Shown here one piece after another: positions 1 to 12,070 of a DNA stretch of 64,000 nt (its first letter is position 1; each line of letters begins with the position of its first letter). This stretch comes from Octopus sinensis (taxonomy: Eukaryota), in assembly GCF_006345805.1 (NCBI RefSeq), contig NC_043000.1, forward strand, positions 1,240,001 to 1,304,000, in the 5' to 3' direction. The notes below the pieces were generated by a model. The model saw nothing but the letters and a program-made list of their open reading frames with translations. It made no database searches and was not told where the DNA came from. Made by a program: the position numbers and the translations under genes.

Positions 1-2328
1 TGCACAAATGCATAACCCTAAATATTTTTCAAAACTCGATGCATCTAATGGATACTGGCAAATTCCAGTTGACGAAGAAAGCTCCCATCTTTTAACGTTC
101 AAACACCCTTTTGGAAGGTATCGCTTCACACGACTACCCTTTGGAATTCACAGCGCCAGTGAAGTTTTCCAAAAAGAAATTTCAAAAATAATAGAGGGCA
201 TAGAAGGAGCAAGAAATTCACAGGATGACATCATAATCTGGTCCAACACTTTAGAAGAACACACAAATAGACTACAACAAGTTTTCGATCGAATCCGAAA
301 GCACGGATTAAAGTTAAATAAATCAAAGTGTATCTTCTATGAATCACAAATCAAGTACCTTGGGCATATATTAACCAGCGAAGGGATAAAACAAGATCCA
401 ACCAAGGTACAAGCAATCATTCACATGTCACTGCCAACAAGTAAAAAGAATTACAAAGATTCCTAGGTATGACAAATTACCTATGTAAATTTTTATCTAA
501 TTACTCCGAAGTCACAGCACCATTGCGCCAGCTTCTACAGAGTGACACGTTATGGTCATTCGACAAACCACAAATCGAAGCAATAAAAAAGCTAAAAGAA
601 ATGATTACCAGAAAAACAGTGCTACAATTTTATGATCCAGATCTACCAATAAAAATAACTACAGATGCTAGTAAGCATGGGCTCGGAGCGATACTTGAGC
701 AGAAAACACAACGAAAGATGGCTACCTTTTCGTTTGCATCTCGTGCAACAACTCAAGCGGAACAAAACTACTGTCCGATAGAGAGCGAAGCTCTCAGTAT
801 AGTTTTCGCATGCAAGAAATTTCATCAGTTTATATACGGAACTCATTTCAGAATCGAAAATGACCATAAACCGTTGAAGCAAATATTCAAAAAATCGATC
901 ACTAAATGCCCCCCCCCCCAGAATCCAAAGATTTCTACTAACATTACAAAGATATGATTTTGACCTAAACCACATACCTGGTAAAGAATCAATTGTTGCA
1001 GATACCCTATCACGTGCATACCTTGAGCAAAATACTCCAGAAGTATCAGACGAAGATATGAAATCGCACATTCATGCAGTAATAAAAAATTACCCCATAA
1101 CCGACACTAAATTAAACGAGTATAAAGAAGCCACTGCAGACGACCCGTCTCTACAGACACTCGTCACATTTACAAGAACAGAATGGCCCCCAAAAGACAA
1201 AATACCAATAAACATCAAACCATTCGTATCTGTTCGTGATGAAATATCAATCGTCAATGGTCTCGTTCTAAAAGGTTCAAGAATAATTGTACCTAAGTCA
1301 TTACGTAGAGAAGCTCTACAGGAAATACATACCGGACACATGGGTATCGAAAAATGCATAGAGAGAGCCAAGGAATGTATATACTGGCCCGGCATTAACG
1401 CTCAAATCAAGACATGATAACACATGCTCATACTGCATTGACTACAAAAATCAACAAGCAGCCGAACCACTAATAAATCATGAAATACTACTACCACCAT
1501 GGACCAAAGTGGGTACAGACGTATTTCACCTGTCTGGAAATTCGTATGTCACAATTATTGACTATACACAAGATTTTTGATCTACACGAATAAATGATTG
1601 CCAGTCAAAAACCGTAATCAAATTAAAAGAAACTTTTGCTAAATTCGGAATTCCGCAAACAGTTGTAAGTGACAACGGTCCAGAATTCAATTCGGCTGCT
1701 GAATTCAAAAAATTTGCAAAAAATTGGCATTTTCATCACACGAAGACAAGCCCGCATTATCATCAAGCGAATGGCATGGTTGAGAGAAATATACAGACAA
1801 TAAAAAAGACGCTAAAAAAGGCATTCAAAAGTGGCGAAGAACCTCAGTTAGCGCTCTTAGCATTACGCACGACTAAATACAAAATGGTGCACCATCCCCG
1901 CAAATCAAATAATGAATAGAACATTGCGAACAAATCTCCCAAACATATTACACGACAGATTGGTATCAGGCCTCACGAAGAAGAAATCAAACATTACAAC
2001 AGAACTCCCAGAGTTAAAACCACACGACACGGTTGGAATTAAGTTTAACAACAATGGTTTAGAAGGGGCAAAATAATTAAAAAACTAGAGCAACCTCGTT
2101 CATACTTAGTAATAACAGAGGAAGGAAATACAGTCAACGAAATAGACAACATATTCTTAAAACAAACGAACACGTTCGCATACAGAAGAATTAGATTATG
2201 AAAATATATTACAAAGTCAACAAACACGCATGAAAACAAAAACAGCACAACTACAGAATTCAATACTACAAAATAATAAAACCACAAAAAGTGGACGACG
2301 AATAATTATTCCCTGTAGATACAGATGA
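1..2328 (+). pseudogene. pol: Gypsy pol, frameshifted: RT (8-466), RNase H (469-957), integrase zinc finger and DDE core (about 1058-1900)
   Basis: Motifs: LDASNGYWQI, RLPFGI, QDDIIIW (RT); TDASKHGLGA, NYCPIESEAL, ENDHKPL (RNase H); HTGHMGIEKC, KVGTD, VSDNGPEF, NGMVER (integrase); C-terminal TTKSGRRIIIPCRYR*. Frames switch near 445, 705-730, 915 and 1410-1430. Confidence 0.92.
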
Positions 2329-2342
2329 TATAAAAAAAATTT

Positions 2343-2361
2343 AAAAAAAAAAAAAGGAAGA
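2343..2361 (+). other. Polypurine tract of the Gypsy element
   Basis: aaaaaaaaaaaaaggaaga lies directly before the TG that starts the LTR. Confidence 0.75.
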
Positions 2362-2587
2362 TGTTATAATCATCACAACAAACATGAACAATCAACGTCG
2401 CCATTGTCTCCCTTGATAAAAGGACTTTCACTTTGTTTCCCGCCAAAACAATTAACTTGTACAACAACGGCAGTCGAATAAAGTATCTTGTATCGTTAAC
2501 ACGTTGTTCAGTCTCTCTCATTTTCTTAATCTTTCATAAAGTACTCACTACTTCCTTTAATACTCAATACATTATATATATATAACA
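2362..2587 (+). repeat. 3' LTR (226 bp)
   Basis: Starts TGTTATA and ends TATAACA (7-bp terminal inverted repeat). Internal AATAAA at 2477-2482. Follows the PPT. Confidence 0.75.
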
Positions 2588-2593
2588 ACAACA

Positions 2594-2912
2594 GGGGGAG
2601 TAAAGAAATAGGTATTTGCTGCTGAACGTTTCCGTTAAATTCCGCCGAGGTCGACTGTGCATTTCACCCTTTCGGGGTCGATAAATTAAGTACCAGTACG
2701 CACTGGGGGAGATATAATCGACTATTAACCTGTGGTCGTCTTTGTTTGCCCCCTCTATGTTTAGCCTCCCTGTGGGCAATAAAGAAATAAATAATTCTTT
2801 TTTTTCCAACCGCGACATTATTCTTTTCGGAAATTTTGGGGGAGGGGGCCAGTCGTTTTGATCGACCCCAAAACGCAACCGGTACTTAATTTTATCGACT
2901 TCGAAAGGATTA
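2594..2912. mobile_element. Two SINE family A fragments in opposite orientation
   Basis: aaattccgccgaggtcgac...gtcgataaattaagtaccagt on + (2594-2800) and its reverse complement at 2808-2912. Confidence 0.8.
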
Positions 2913-3526
2913 AAGCTGGTGCAAATTTACTGATTTTGAATTTCAATATATTTTCTTTTTCAATTATTATTTTCAAAAATCTAAAGCCGAAGAAAAAATA
3001 AAATAATTAAAATAGTAAAAGAATGAAGTAGGCCTTTTTTGTGAAAAAAATGCTAGTTTTTTTTTCTCCTTCCTACTACATAGGTTTTAACGATCTGTAT
3101 TGTATAATGTTTACGAGTAACTACCGCATTGCTAATGGACTAGCCTTATCAGAAGACTGTGTTTAATTCTGCTATTATAAAGTTCATAACTAAAATAACA
3201 TTGTTATGTGCTATTTTTATGCTATTGTTATTTGAACTTAAAATAACATTAAAGAAAAAATAAACAATATTTTGAAATTTCGATTTTTTTTTTGTTATTT
3301 TATGACGGTAGAACCATTAACTTAAATTATCGAACAAAACAAAGTGAACGGAGGAGAAATTTACAAAAAGCTGTCAAGGGGCAAATGAAACGAACAAATT
3401 TGGGCACGCCTGATTTAAAAATATTTAATGTGTAATTTCCCACAAAACGTTTTCTACTGTGACATTCGACTATGACATGTAGCAACAATAGCAACAGACA
3501 AACTTAATAGCCTGTTGGTCACATGG

Positions 3527-3644
3527 TATATCGTCTGCTTCTTCGATTTGATCGCGTGATACACTATATATCGTCTGCTTCTTCTATTTGATCGCGTGAT
3601 ACACTATATATCGTCTGCTTCTTCGATTTGATCGCGTGATACAC
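3527..3644. repeat. 40-bp tandem repeat, 3 copies
   Basis: Unit tatatcgtctgcttcttcgatttgatcgcgtgatacacta. Confidence 0.9.
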
Positions 3645-4311
3645 CATGTCCAAAGCTTGTCTGTCTCTCTCTTTCTTTCTCTCTCCCTCTCTCTCTCACT
3701 TTCTCGGTAACGTGTTCAGATACTCTTTCCCATTCTCTATGTATCCAGTTTTCTCCTCATCTCATCTTTCTCTTTTTTTCCCTCCCTCTTTCTCTCTATC
3801 TCTCACTCTTTCGATCTCTCCCCCTCTCTCACTGTAACTACATTTCTACTTCCAGCTGTCTTACTCTTTCTTTATTTCTTTGCTCACTCTTTCGCATTTC
3901 CGTTCCTCTCACTCTTCCTCTGTTCTATACATACATACATACATACATACATAAATACAACCAAAAACGCTGAAAATAATTAAGTGCATTTCATTATAAA
4001 ATTCTACAAACCAGCGTCATTCAACCCATTAAAAAAACCCCTAAAATCCTTGAAATGACGATCCTACTTTATATATGTGAAATTACTAAACTCAGGTTAT
4101 TAAGCCATATTTGATACAACATAACGTTTCTCTCGAGGACAACATTTCTAGACATAAATCATAAATATCTCCCCACACAAGCTGTGACTCCAGTCATAAA
4201 TTAGGTTAGAGTGAGTGTTTAAGGCGGAAGAAACAGTATGTCGAAACAGCCGACACTCCTGGTTTGTCGTTAAGCCCTTTTATGGTACATTTAAAGAAAA
4301 ACATTTTTGTT

Positions 4312-4850
4312 TTAAAATTACGAATTAATTTCTGTTATATTTTAAAGTTACAAACTAACTTCTCTTTTTGGATCTTTTCGGTTTGAACGGCAGTTTTTTC
4401 TAGTGGTATCATATGAAATTGTCACCCATAATTATGACCCTAGTATCGATCTATTGCATTTCAATCCGTTTTAGGGTTAGGGTTAGGGGTATCTTTTTTT
4501 CTTCACAAATGTAAATAAACCCAATCTGTTTCTTAAACGAAGGACATATTCATACTGCACAGAATGTATTTTACCTCAATAGACATCAGTGATTGGTTGA
4601 AATTGAAGAAATTGAAGAAAAAACAACAAATATCTTACAAACTATAGAATTTTCTCAATAAAGCAAAGAGAAAAAGATGTTTTAAAAACACATTCTACCA
4701 GTATACGAAGTTTAAAATTTTTTTAATTACTTAGAAATTATGTTAAAAACTGCCGTTCAAACCGAAAAGATCCTTAATTTCTGTTATATTTTAAAGTTAC
4801 GAATTAATTTCTGTTATATTTTAAAGTTGCGAATTAACTTCTGTTATTTA
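4312..4850. repeat. 30-bp tandem repeat interrupted by a MITE
   Basis: Unit gaattaatttctgttatattttaaagttac at about 4312-4360 and 4774-4850. Confidence 0.7.
4370..4773. mobile_element. MITE with 29-bp TIRs (GG-starting, possibly Kolobok-like)
   Basis: ggatcttttcggtttgaacggcagttttt (4370-4398) and its reverse complement at 4745-4773; TTAA on the right flank; (TTAGGG)x3 inside. A related fragment lies at about 35433-35700. Confidence 0.8.
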
Positions 4851-5107
4851 TAAAGAATGTCACAAGTGAGATAGCCAGCTGAAACCAACGCAATGGTTGA
4901 GGTTGTGGTTAACACGAAATCGCAGATGAGACCGCCCTGCAGCCGACTTCGAATTCACTCGTCGCTGTCCCACTCTGAGAAACGTACAGGTTAAGGGGCG
5001 AAACGCTTGTTATTAATTTGAGATAACTGCTGAAAATGTAGAAGGATTCCAACATTACAATGGCTTTAGTCAACACCAGAACAGCTTGCAATATCTTTAA
5101 GTAGTTT

Positions 5108-5306
5108 AAGGCGGCGAGATGGCAGAATCGTAATCGCGCCGAGTAAAATGCTTGGCGGCATTTCGCTCGTCTTTACGTTCTGAGTTCAAATTCCGCTGAG
5201 GTTCGGTTTGCCTTTCATTCTTTCGAGGTCGATAAAATAAGTACCAGTTGAACACTTAGCCCCGTCTCTGAAATTACTGGCCTTGTGCAAAAATTTGAAA
5301 CCAGTA
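5108..5306 (+). mobile_element. tRNA-derived SINE family A (short-tail type)
   Basis: A-box-like tggcagaatcgt, B-box gagttcaaattcc, body gcctttcatt...gtcgataaaataagtaccagt. Confidence 0.85.
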
Positions 5307-5363
5307 TCTTTAAGTAGATCCTGCAGGTTCCATGTGGGGCAAAGCGCCTCTGATGTTTACTAC

Positions 5364-5690
5364 AAGCGTGGCTGCGTAGTTAAGAAGCTCGCTTGGCAAC
5401 CGGATGGTTTCGGGTTCAGTGCTTTCTACTACAGCCCCGGACCGACCAACGTCTTGAGAGAGAATTTGGTAGGCGGAAACTGTGTGGAAATCCGTCGAAT
5501 ATATATGTAGAAGCCCGTCGTATATATTTGTATGAATGTGTATTCATATGCGACGGGCTTCTTTCAGTTTCCATTTACCAAATTCACTCACAAAGTATTA
5601 ATCGGCGCGAGGCTATAGTAGAGGACACTTGCACAAGGTGACACGCAGTAGGACTGAACTTGGAGCCATGTGGTCGGGAAGCAAACTACA
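5364..5690. mobile_element. Two 5' halves of SINE family B joined tail to tail
   Basis: Plus-strand head at 5364-5525 and minus-strand half at 5545-5690. Confidence 0.7.
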
Positions 5691-6083
5691 CTTCGCCTTT
5701 AACTAAATAAACTATCTAATAACCCACCCAGGATCTTGAAAAATTTAGTCAACAACATTATTCCTTGTCTTTTACTAGTTTCAATCATTCAATTGTGGAC
5801 TAGCTGGGTGTGGTGTGAGGGGGAGCACGACCTATTGAAGGTTTTAGTGGAACAAATGGGCCACAGTACCAATGATTTTTTAAAAACATCTGTTACATAT
5901 TCTATTGGTGTCGAAGGCCAAACCGGTAATTTACAGAGACGTAAACAGACCAACACTGGTTGCCAAGCGTAGCAGTGTGTGTAACAAACACAGACTCAAA
6001 GCTACACACATAGACGTCTCTCTCTCTACGTGTGAGTGTATATGTAGTGAGTATATGTGTATGTATGTATAATTATATATATA

Positions 6084-6313
6084 ATTCTTTACTACCCACA
6101 AGGGGCTAAACAAAGAGAGGACAAACACGGACTGACAAGCGGATTAAGTCGATTATATCGACCCCAGTGCATAACTGGTACTTATTTAATCGACCCCGAA
6201 AGGATGAAAGGCAAAGTCGACCTCGGCGGAATTTGAACTCAGAACGTAATGGCAGAATAAATACGGCTACGCATTTCGCCAGGCGTGCTAACGTTTCTGC
6301 CAGCTCGCCACCT
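6084..6313 (-). mobile_element. SINE family A (long-tail type)
   Basis: Reverse complement of the family A head, body and ttagccccttgtggg tail. Confidence 0.85.
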
Positions 6314-6524
6314 TGTGTATGTATAATTATATATATGATGGGCCTTCACACAGTTGCTGTGTACCAGATTCACTTAGGGCTACAGTAGATGATTGTTGTC
6401 CAAAATGCCGCGCAATGAGATTGAACTCGAAATAACATTGTTACGAAACGTGCGTCTTAATCACACAATCATACCTGCGCCATTAGTAGACATATGTCTA
6501 ATATTTCTTTCTTTTTTTTTTCAA

Positions 6525-6775
6525 CCGCAACATTATTCTTTTCTACTTTAGGCACAAGGCCGGAAATTTTTGGGGAGGGAGCCAGTCGATTAAATCGACC
6601 CCAGAACGCAACTGGTACTTAATTTTATCGACCTCGAAAGGATGAAAGGCAAAGTCGACCTCGGCGGAATTTGAACTCAGAACACAAAGACAGACGAAAT
6701 ACTGCTAAGCATTTCGCCCGACGTGCAAATGTTTTTTTTTATTTCTTTACTGCCCACAAGGGGCTACACACAGAA
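6525..6775 (-). mobile_element. SINE family A
   Basis: Family A consensus with short tail, followed by the start of another long tail. Confidence 0.8.
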
Positions 6776-7458
6776 GCCAGCTCTCTGAGGATCCTAACTG
6801 CCGTTTCACTATCATTTCTGTGCCTCCCTTTGTGCGGTCTCTCCTTTGATTGCTGATACTGATGCCATATTTTACCGTGGACAGATTTTTCTTTTGGACA
6901 CTACGCAATGAGCCGAAATAGCTTGTGGTAAAAAGGGGAAATTAGGAAAAAGGAGAATTGAGGCCTTCTTACTTGTCGATCTGGAGGGACCGTTCTCTCA
7001 CCACCCACGTGAATGTTCTCTTCTCTTAGTCGTACACACACGTCTTGCCTTCACGCTGTCCAGTTGCCCTCTGACGTCTTTCAGTGCCGCTGCGCATGCT
7101 TTCTTGAACACTTCCGTCCTCAGGGACTCCCGACAGGGCCTACACACTCTCACACTTCCGCTTTCACCACAGCTTCAGCTTAATACCACAGGTGGGGAGA
7201 AGATTTTCGGAAAATTCACACGATCCGACTTTTTTCCCCTCATAACTTTCAGGAAAATGGATAGCTTTTAATGAAATTTTATACAAATACCTTTTAAACT
7301 GCATAGATTACGATTATCGTTTCTTTGTCACTGTCGGATGTACTGATGACAATTTCAGTGTGGAAGATATTTGTCACTGACAAAACTTAACCAAATTTTG
7401 TTAGTGAACAGTTCGCGGTTTCAAAGCGACGAAAATGATTGTAAAAATATACACATAT

Positions 7459-7868
7459 ACTCTTTTACTTGTTTCAGTCATTTAACTGTGGTCATGCTGG
7501 AGCACCGCCTTTAGTCGAGCAAATCGACCCCAGGACTTATTCTTTGTAAGACTGGTATTTATTCTATCGGTCTCTTTTGCCGAACCGCTAAGTGACAGGG
7601 ACGTGCACACACCAGCATCGGTTGTCAAGCGATGTTGGGGCGACAAACACACAGACACACAAACACATACACACACGCACATATATACATATATTTACAT
7701 ATATACGACGGGCATCTTTTAGTTTCTGTCTACCAAATCCACTCACAAGGCATTGGTCGGCTCGAGGCTATAGTAGAAGACACTTGCCCAAGGTGCCACG
7801 CAGTGGGACTGAACTCGGAAGCATGTAGTTGGTAAGCAAACTACTTACCACACAGCCACTCCTACGCC
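7459..7868 (-). mobile_element. tRNA-derived SINE family B, full length
   Basis: Head ggctgtgtggtaag...gagttcagtccc, ccttgggcaagtg segment, internal microsatellite, tail ggcggtgctccagcatg...gaaacaagtaaaagagt. Confidence 0.9.
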
Positions 7869-8139
7869 CACATATGTTAAATTTTAAAATTCAATTGTTT
7901 TCTGGGGTGTCTCAAATTAAACCGGGTGATGGATTTTAAACGACTGGGCTGCGGCCGCGGGCCGAAGCCTTAGAGGGAACATTGGATTTCGGAAATATAA
8001 GTGTAACTGAAATCTTTATCAAACTTTCCTTACTAATTGCTGATGATTTGATAAGTGAATTTTTTTTATTATAACAAAATTATCACTTCATAATTATAAA
8101 TTTCTTAAACTCTCTCTCTCTCCTAAGTCAGCGCCTTCC

Positions 8140-8222
8140 AAGACATGCCCAGATTTTGTCGCCCCCTAGATGTTGCCGCCTTAGGCGGTCGCCTAGTTCG
8201 CTTAATCATAAATCCGGCCCTG
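8140..8222. mobile_element. End of a probable hAT-type MITE
   Basis: Ends aatccggccctg (= cagggccggatt TIR-like) after gcgccccctag/gccgccttaggc. The partner end was not found. Confidence 0.4.
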
Positions 8223-8474
8223 CTCTTAGTAAAATACATGTTTACTAAGCATTTACAAGGAAATGGCTGACAGTTACTTCGAAACTTTGGCACGCTAGCC
8301 TCCGTCAATTTGACGATGGCAAGTAAGTCGAAACTTCGAAGTTACAGCCAACTTTTTACTAGTGAAAATTTAACGTAATGTATGTATGTATATATATATA
8401 TATATATGATTAAAATCTAAATAATATATATATATATATATAATATATATATATATGTATATATATAAATACAC

Positions 8475-8854
8475 ATATTGTTGTATTTAGGAATGGTCAT
8501 TTTGCCAGTTTAGCCAATAAAACACACGCACTATATATTTGGTGTTACTTTGCTTCATTGTTATTTATTTTTTACATTAATCTTAATCTTATTTCGGCCA
8601 GAGTTCTTTCGTCACACTCCTGTGACCGCATCAGTGGTCCTTTGTTTTCTCTTACTTATTTGCGTCTCTCCTTGACAAATAAGTAAGAAGGACCACTGAT
8701 GCGGTCACAGGAGTGTGACGAAAGAACTCTGGCCGAAATAAGATTAGATTAATGTAAAAAATAAATAACACTGAAGCAAAGTAACACCAAATATATAGTG
8801 CGTGTGTTTTTATTGGCTAACTGGCAAAATGACCATTCCTAAATACAACAATAT
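8475..8854. repeat. 380-bp near-perfect palindrome (inverted Penelope-like terminal repeats)
   Basis: Arms at about 8475-8642 and 8687-8854 differ by about 3 small changes; inner 12-bp IR with a 12-nt loop. Confidence 0.92.
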
Positions 8855-9103
8855 CTGTTTCATCACACGACTTCACATAAAATCTTGCACAACAAAAAAT
8901 ATTTAAACATATAATACACTATATACATATATTTAACTCATTTGTTTTCGTATTTCATGTTGTTTGCACAGTTGGTGACATCCTGTACCCTTATGTGCAT
9001 ATACAATTTTATATGTATATGTGTGTGTGCGTGTGTGTATGCATATATATATTATTGATATTGTTTAATCGAACGCCACGCATACATTTCCAAGTAAGTT
9101 TAT

Positions 9104-9104
9104 G

Positions 9105-9189
<85 letters not shown>

Positions 9190-9205
9190 ATATCTATCTA
9201 TCTGC

Positions 9206-9272
<67 letters not shown>

Positions 9273-9281
9273 CCTATCTAT

Positions 9282-9365
<84 letters not shown>

Positions 9366-9521
9366 TATATATATATATTATACATACATAAGTATGTATA
9401 TATCATTAAAGGCACGAAATTGTCATGATTTTCTGGACGATAATTGACGAGGGAAGAACATGTCCACGTCTTGTGTGCGTGATTTTTCCGTGTTTCTTCG
9501 TCGTCCTTCTATGTAAGTTTA

Positions 9522-9555
<34 letters not shown>

Positions 9556-9577
9556 CTATCTATTTATCTATCTATCT

Positions 9578-9637
<60 letters not shown>

Positions 9638-9798
9638 ATCTATATATATATATATATATATATACATACATAAGTATGTATATATCATAAAGGCACGAAA
9701 TTGTCATGATTTTCTGGACGATAATTGACGGGGAAGAACTGTCCACGTCTGTGGCGTGATTTTTCCGTGTTTCTTCGTCGTCCTTCTATGTAAGTTTA

Positions 9799-9875
<77 letters not shown>

Positions 9876-9876
9876 A

Positions 9877-9908
<32 letters not shown>

Positions 9909-9911
9909 ATC

Positions 9912-9963
<52 letters not shown>
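9104..9963. repeat. (TCTA)n tracts with a duplicated 150-bp spacer
   Basis: Three TCTA runs; the unique segment at about 9378-9525 is repeated at about 9660-9800. Confidence 0.9.
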
Positions 9964-10002
9964 CTTAAGAAAAATATTCTAATATTCTTAAAACTTTCTA
10001 TA

Positions 10003-10112
10003 CACTGCGTGACATCTTGGGCAAGTGTCCTCTGCTATAGCCTCGGGCCGATCAAAGCTTTGTGAGTGGATTTTGGTAGATGGAAACTGAAAGAAGCCCG
10101 TCGTATTATGTA

Positions 10113-10152
<40 letters not shown>

Positions 10153-10378
10153 TGTGTGTTATGTTTGTGTGTCTGTGTTTGTCCCCCTAGCATTGCTGAC
10201 AACCGATGCTGGTGTTTTTACGTCCCGTCACTTAGCGGTTCGGCAAAAGAGACCGATAGAATAATTACTGGGCTTACAAAAGAATACGTCCCGGGGGCGA
10301 GTTGCTCGATTAAAGGCGGTGCTCCAGCATGGCCGCAGTCAAATGACTGAAACAAGTAAAAGAGTAAAGAGTAAGAGT
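10003..10378 (+). mobile_element. SINE family B, 5'-truncated
   Basis: Family B body and tail with (gagtaaa)n end. Confidence 0.88.
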
Positions 10379-10623
10379 ATACATACATACATACATACAT
10401 ACATACATAGCGAAACTGTGTATTAGCAATTGGCTGATAACTTATGAAGAATTAGGGACCTTCTGTGTTTGTCTCTCGTCCGGTTATACATTCAGTATGC
10501 GTTATGTCGTATGGTTATTAAGAAATGGAACGCAACACAGAGGAAAGTCCAATAGAAAAAGAAGACGGAGGAAAAAAATCACCAACGATTCACATGGGTT
10601 ACATGTATATGTATATATATTTA

Positions 10624-10944
10624 TCTATTATATAAAATCCGTTCTGTCTGTGTGTGTGTGTGTCTTCTAGGATCTCGGGTATCCTCCATCCGATTGCGCT
10701 CAAATTTGATATGTAGATACCGACGGTATCAGGGCGTGTATAAGTCTTGAAAAAATTTACAGAAATCGATTCCAGGTGAGAATGCGATCGATAAAGCCGT
10801 GGGAACGTGCATTTGTACGTGTTTCTCAAAGGAGGCCTATGGGACGGTCGGACAAGTCGTTTTGAGAAAATTTGGTTTAAATGCTTGACAACTCAGCACC
10901 GTCCATTGGACGGAGGGGGAGACTTTTGCTCGTATATATATATC

Positions 10945-11010
<66 letters not shown>

Positions 11011-11220
11011 GCAGGTTTCTGCATCGTTTCTCTCTCTCTATCAAACTGCACATAGAAGACATAACTATGGTAAATGGTAGTTATCCATAGTGCTGCGTAG
11101 AAGATCAAAATCGGAAACACATGTTTGCGAAGCGAATTTCTTCATCATACAATTGTGTCTGCGATCAAGGTTTTTGACTTAATCGTTTGGTTTGACACTG
11201 AACACAATCTGGAATATAGT
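10624..11220 (+). mobile_element. Probable non-autonomous Helitron 5' part, containing a hAT-like module
   Basis: Begins a|tctattatataaaa plus tctgtctgtgtg, like the other Helitrons here. 10820-10935 matches 24971-25078. No CTAG 3' end was found. Confidence 0.45.
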
Positions 11221-11225
11221 CATTG

Positions 11226-11434
11226 CATGTGTGTTTGTGTGTGCGTGTAGATATGTGTGTGTGCGTGTGTGTTTGTATGTGTGTTTGTGTGTGTGTGTGC
11301 GTGTAGATATGTGTGTGTGCGTGTGTGTTTGTATGTGTGTGTGTGTGGTGTGCGTGTAGATATGTGTGTGTGCGTGTGTGTTTGTATGTGTGTGTATGTG
11401 TGTGTGCGTGTAGATATGTGCGTGTGTGTTTGTA

Positions 11435-11465
<31 letters not shown>

Positions 11466-11818
11466 AGATATGTGTGTGTGCGTGTGTGTTTGTATGTGTG
11501 TGTCTGTGTGTGTGTGTGTGTGTGCGTGCGTGTGTGTACGAACGCGACTGTATACGTGTGTGTGAGCGAGAGAAAAAGAGAGAAAAATAAAGCAGAAGTA
11601 TATGTGTGCACACGTTAGTGAGAGAAGAGAAGGAGAGAGAGAGAGAGAGAAATGGTGAAAGAAAGAGAATGTGTGCGCGCGTTTGTGTTTCTGTGTACGT
11701 GCCTGCTTGTGTGAGTGTGTGTGTGTGAGAGAGAGAGAAAGAGAGTGAGAAAGAGAGAGAAAGAGTGTGTAGTGAGCGTGTGTGGCAGATGTATGTGTGT
11801 GTGTGTGGGGGGGGGAGG

Positions 11819-11849
<31 letters not shown>

Positions 11850-11850
11850 C
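11226..11850. repeat. Complex (GT)n/(GA)n microsatellite with patterned units
   Basis: Repeated gtgtgtgcgtgtagatat blocks. Confidence 0.9.
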
Positions 11851-11924
11851 AGAAAACTTTCAGACATGTTCCCTCTTAGTTAGTATTCAACAATCAATTC
11901 CTCATTTGAACTAGGTATGCAAAA

Positions 11925-11980
11925 CTACTACTACGGCTACTACTACTACCACCACCACCACCACCACCACCACCACCACC

Positions 11981-12046
<66 letters not shown>

Positions 12047-12070
12047 ACTACTACTACTACTACTACTACA
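11925..12070. repeat. Compound trinucleotide microsatellite (ACT)(ACC)(ACT)(GCT)(ACT)
   Basis: Read directly from the sequence. Confidence 0.95.

Larger units (their letters stand above)
1..2587 (+). mobile_element. Ty3/Gypsy LTR retrotransposon, 3' half (cut by the window start)
   Basis: RT, RNase H and integrase occur in Gypsy order, followed by a polypurine tract and a TG...CA LTR. Confidence 0.93.
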
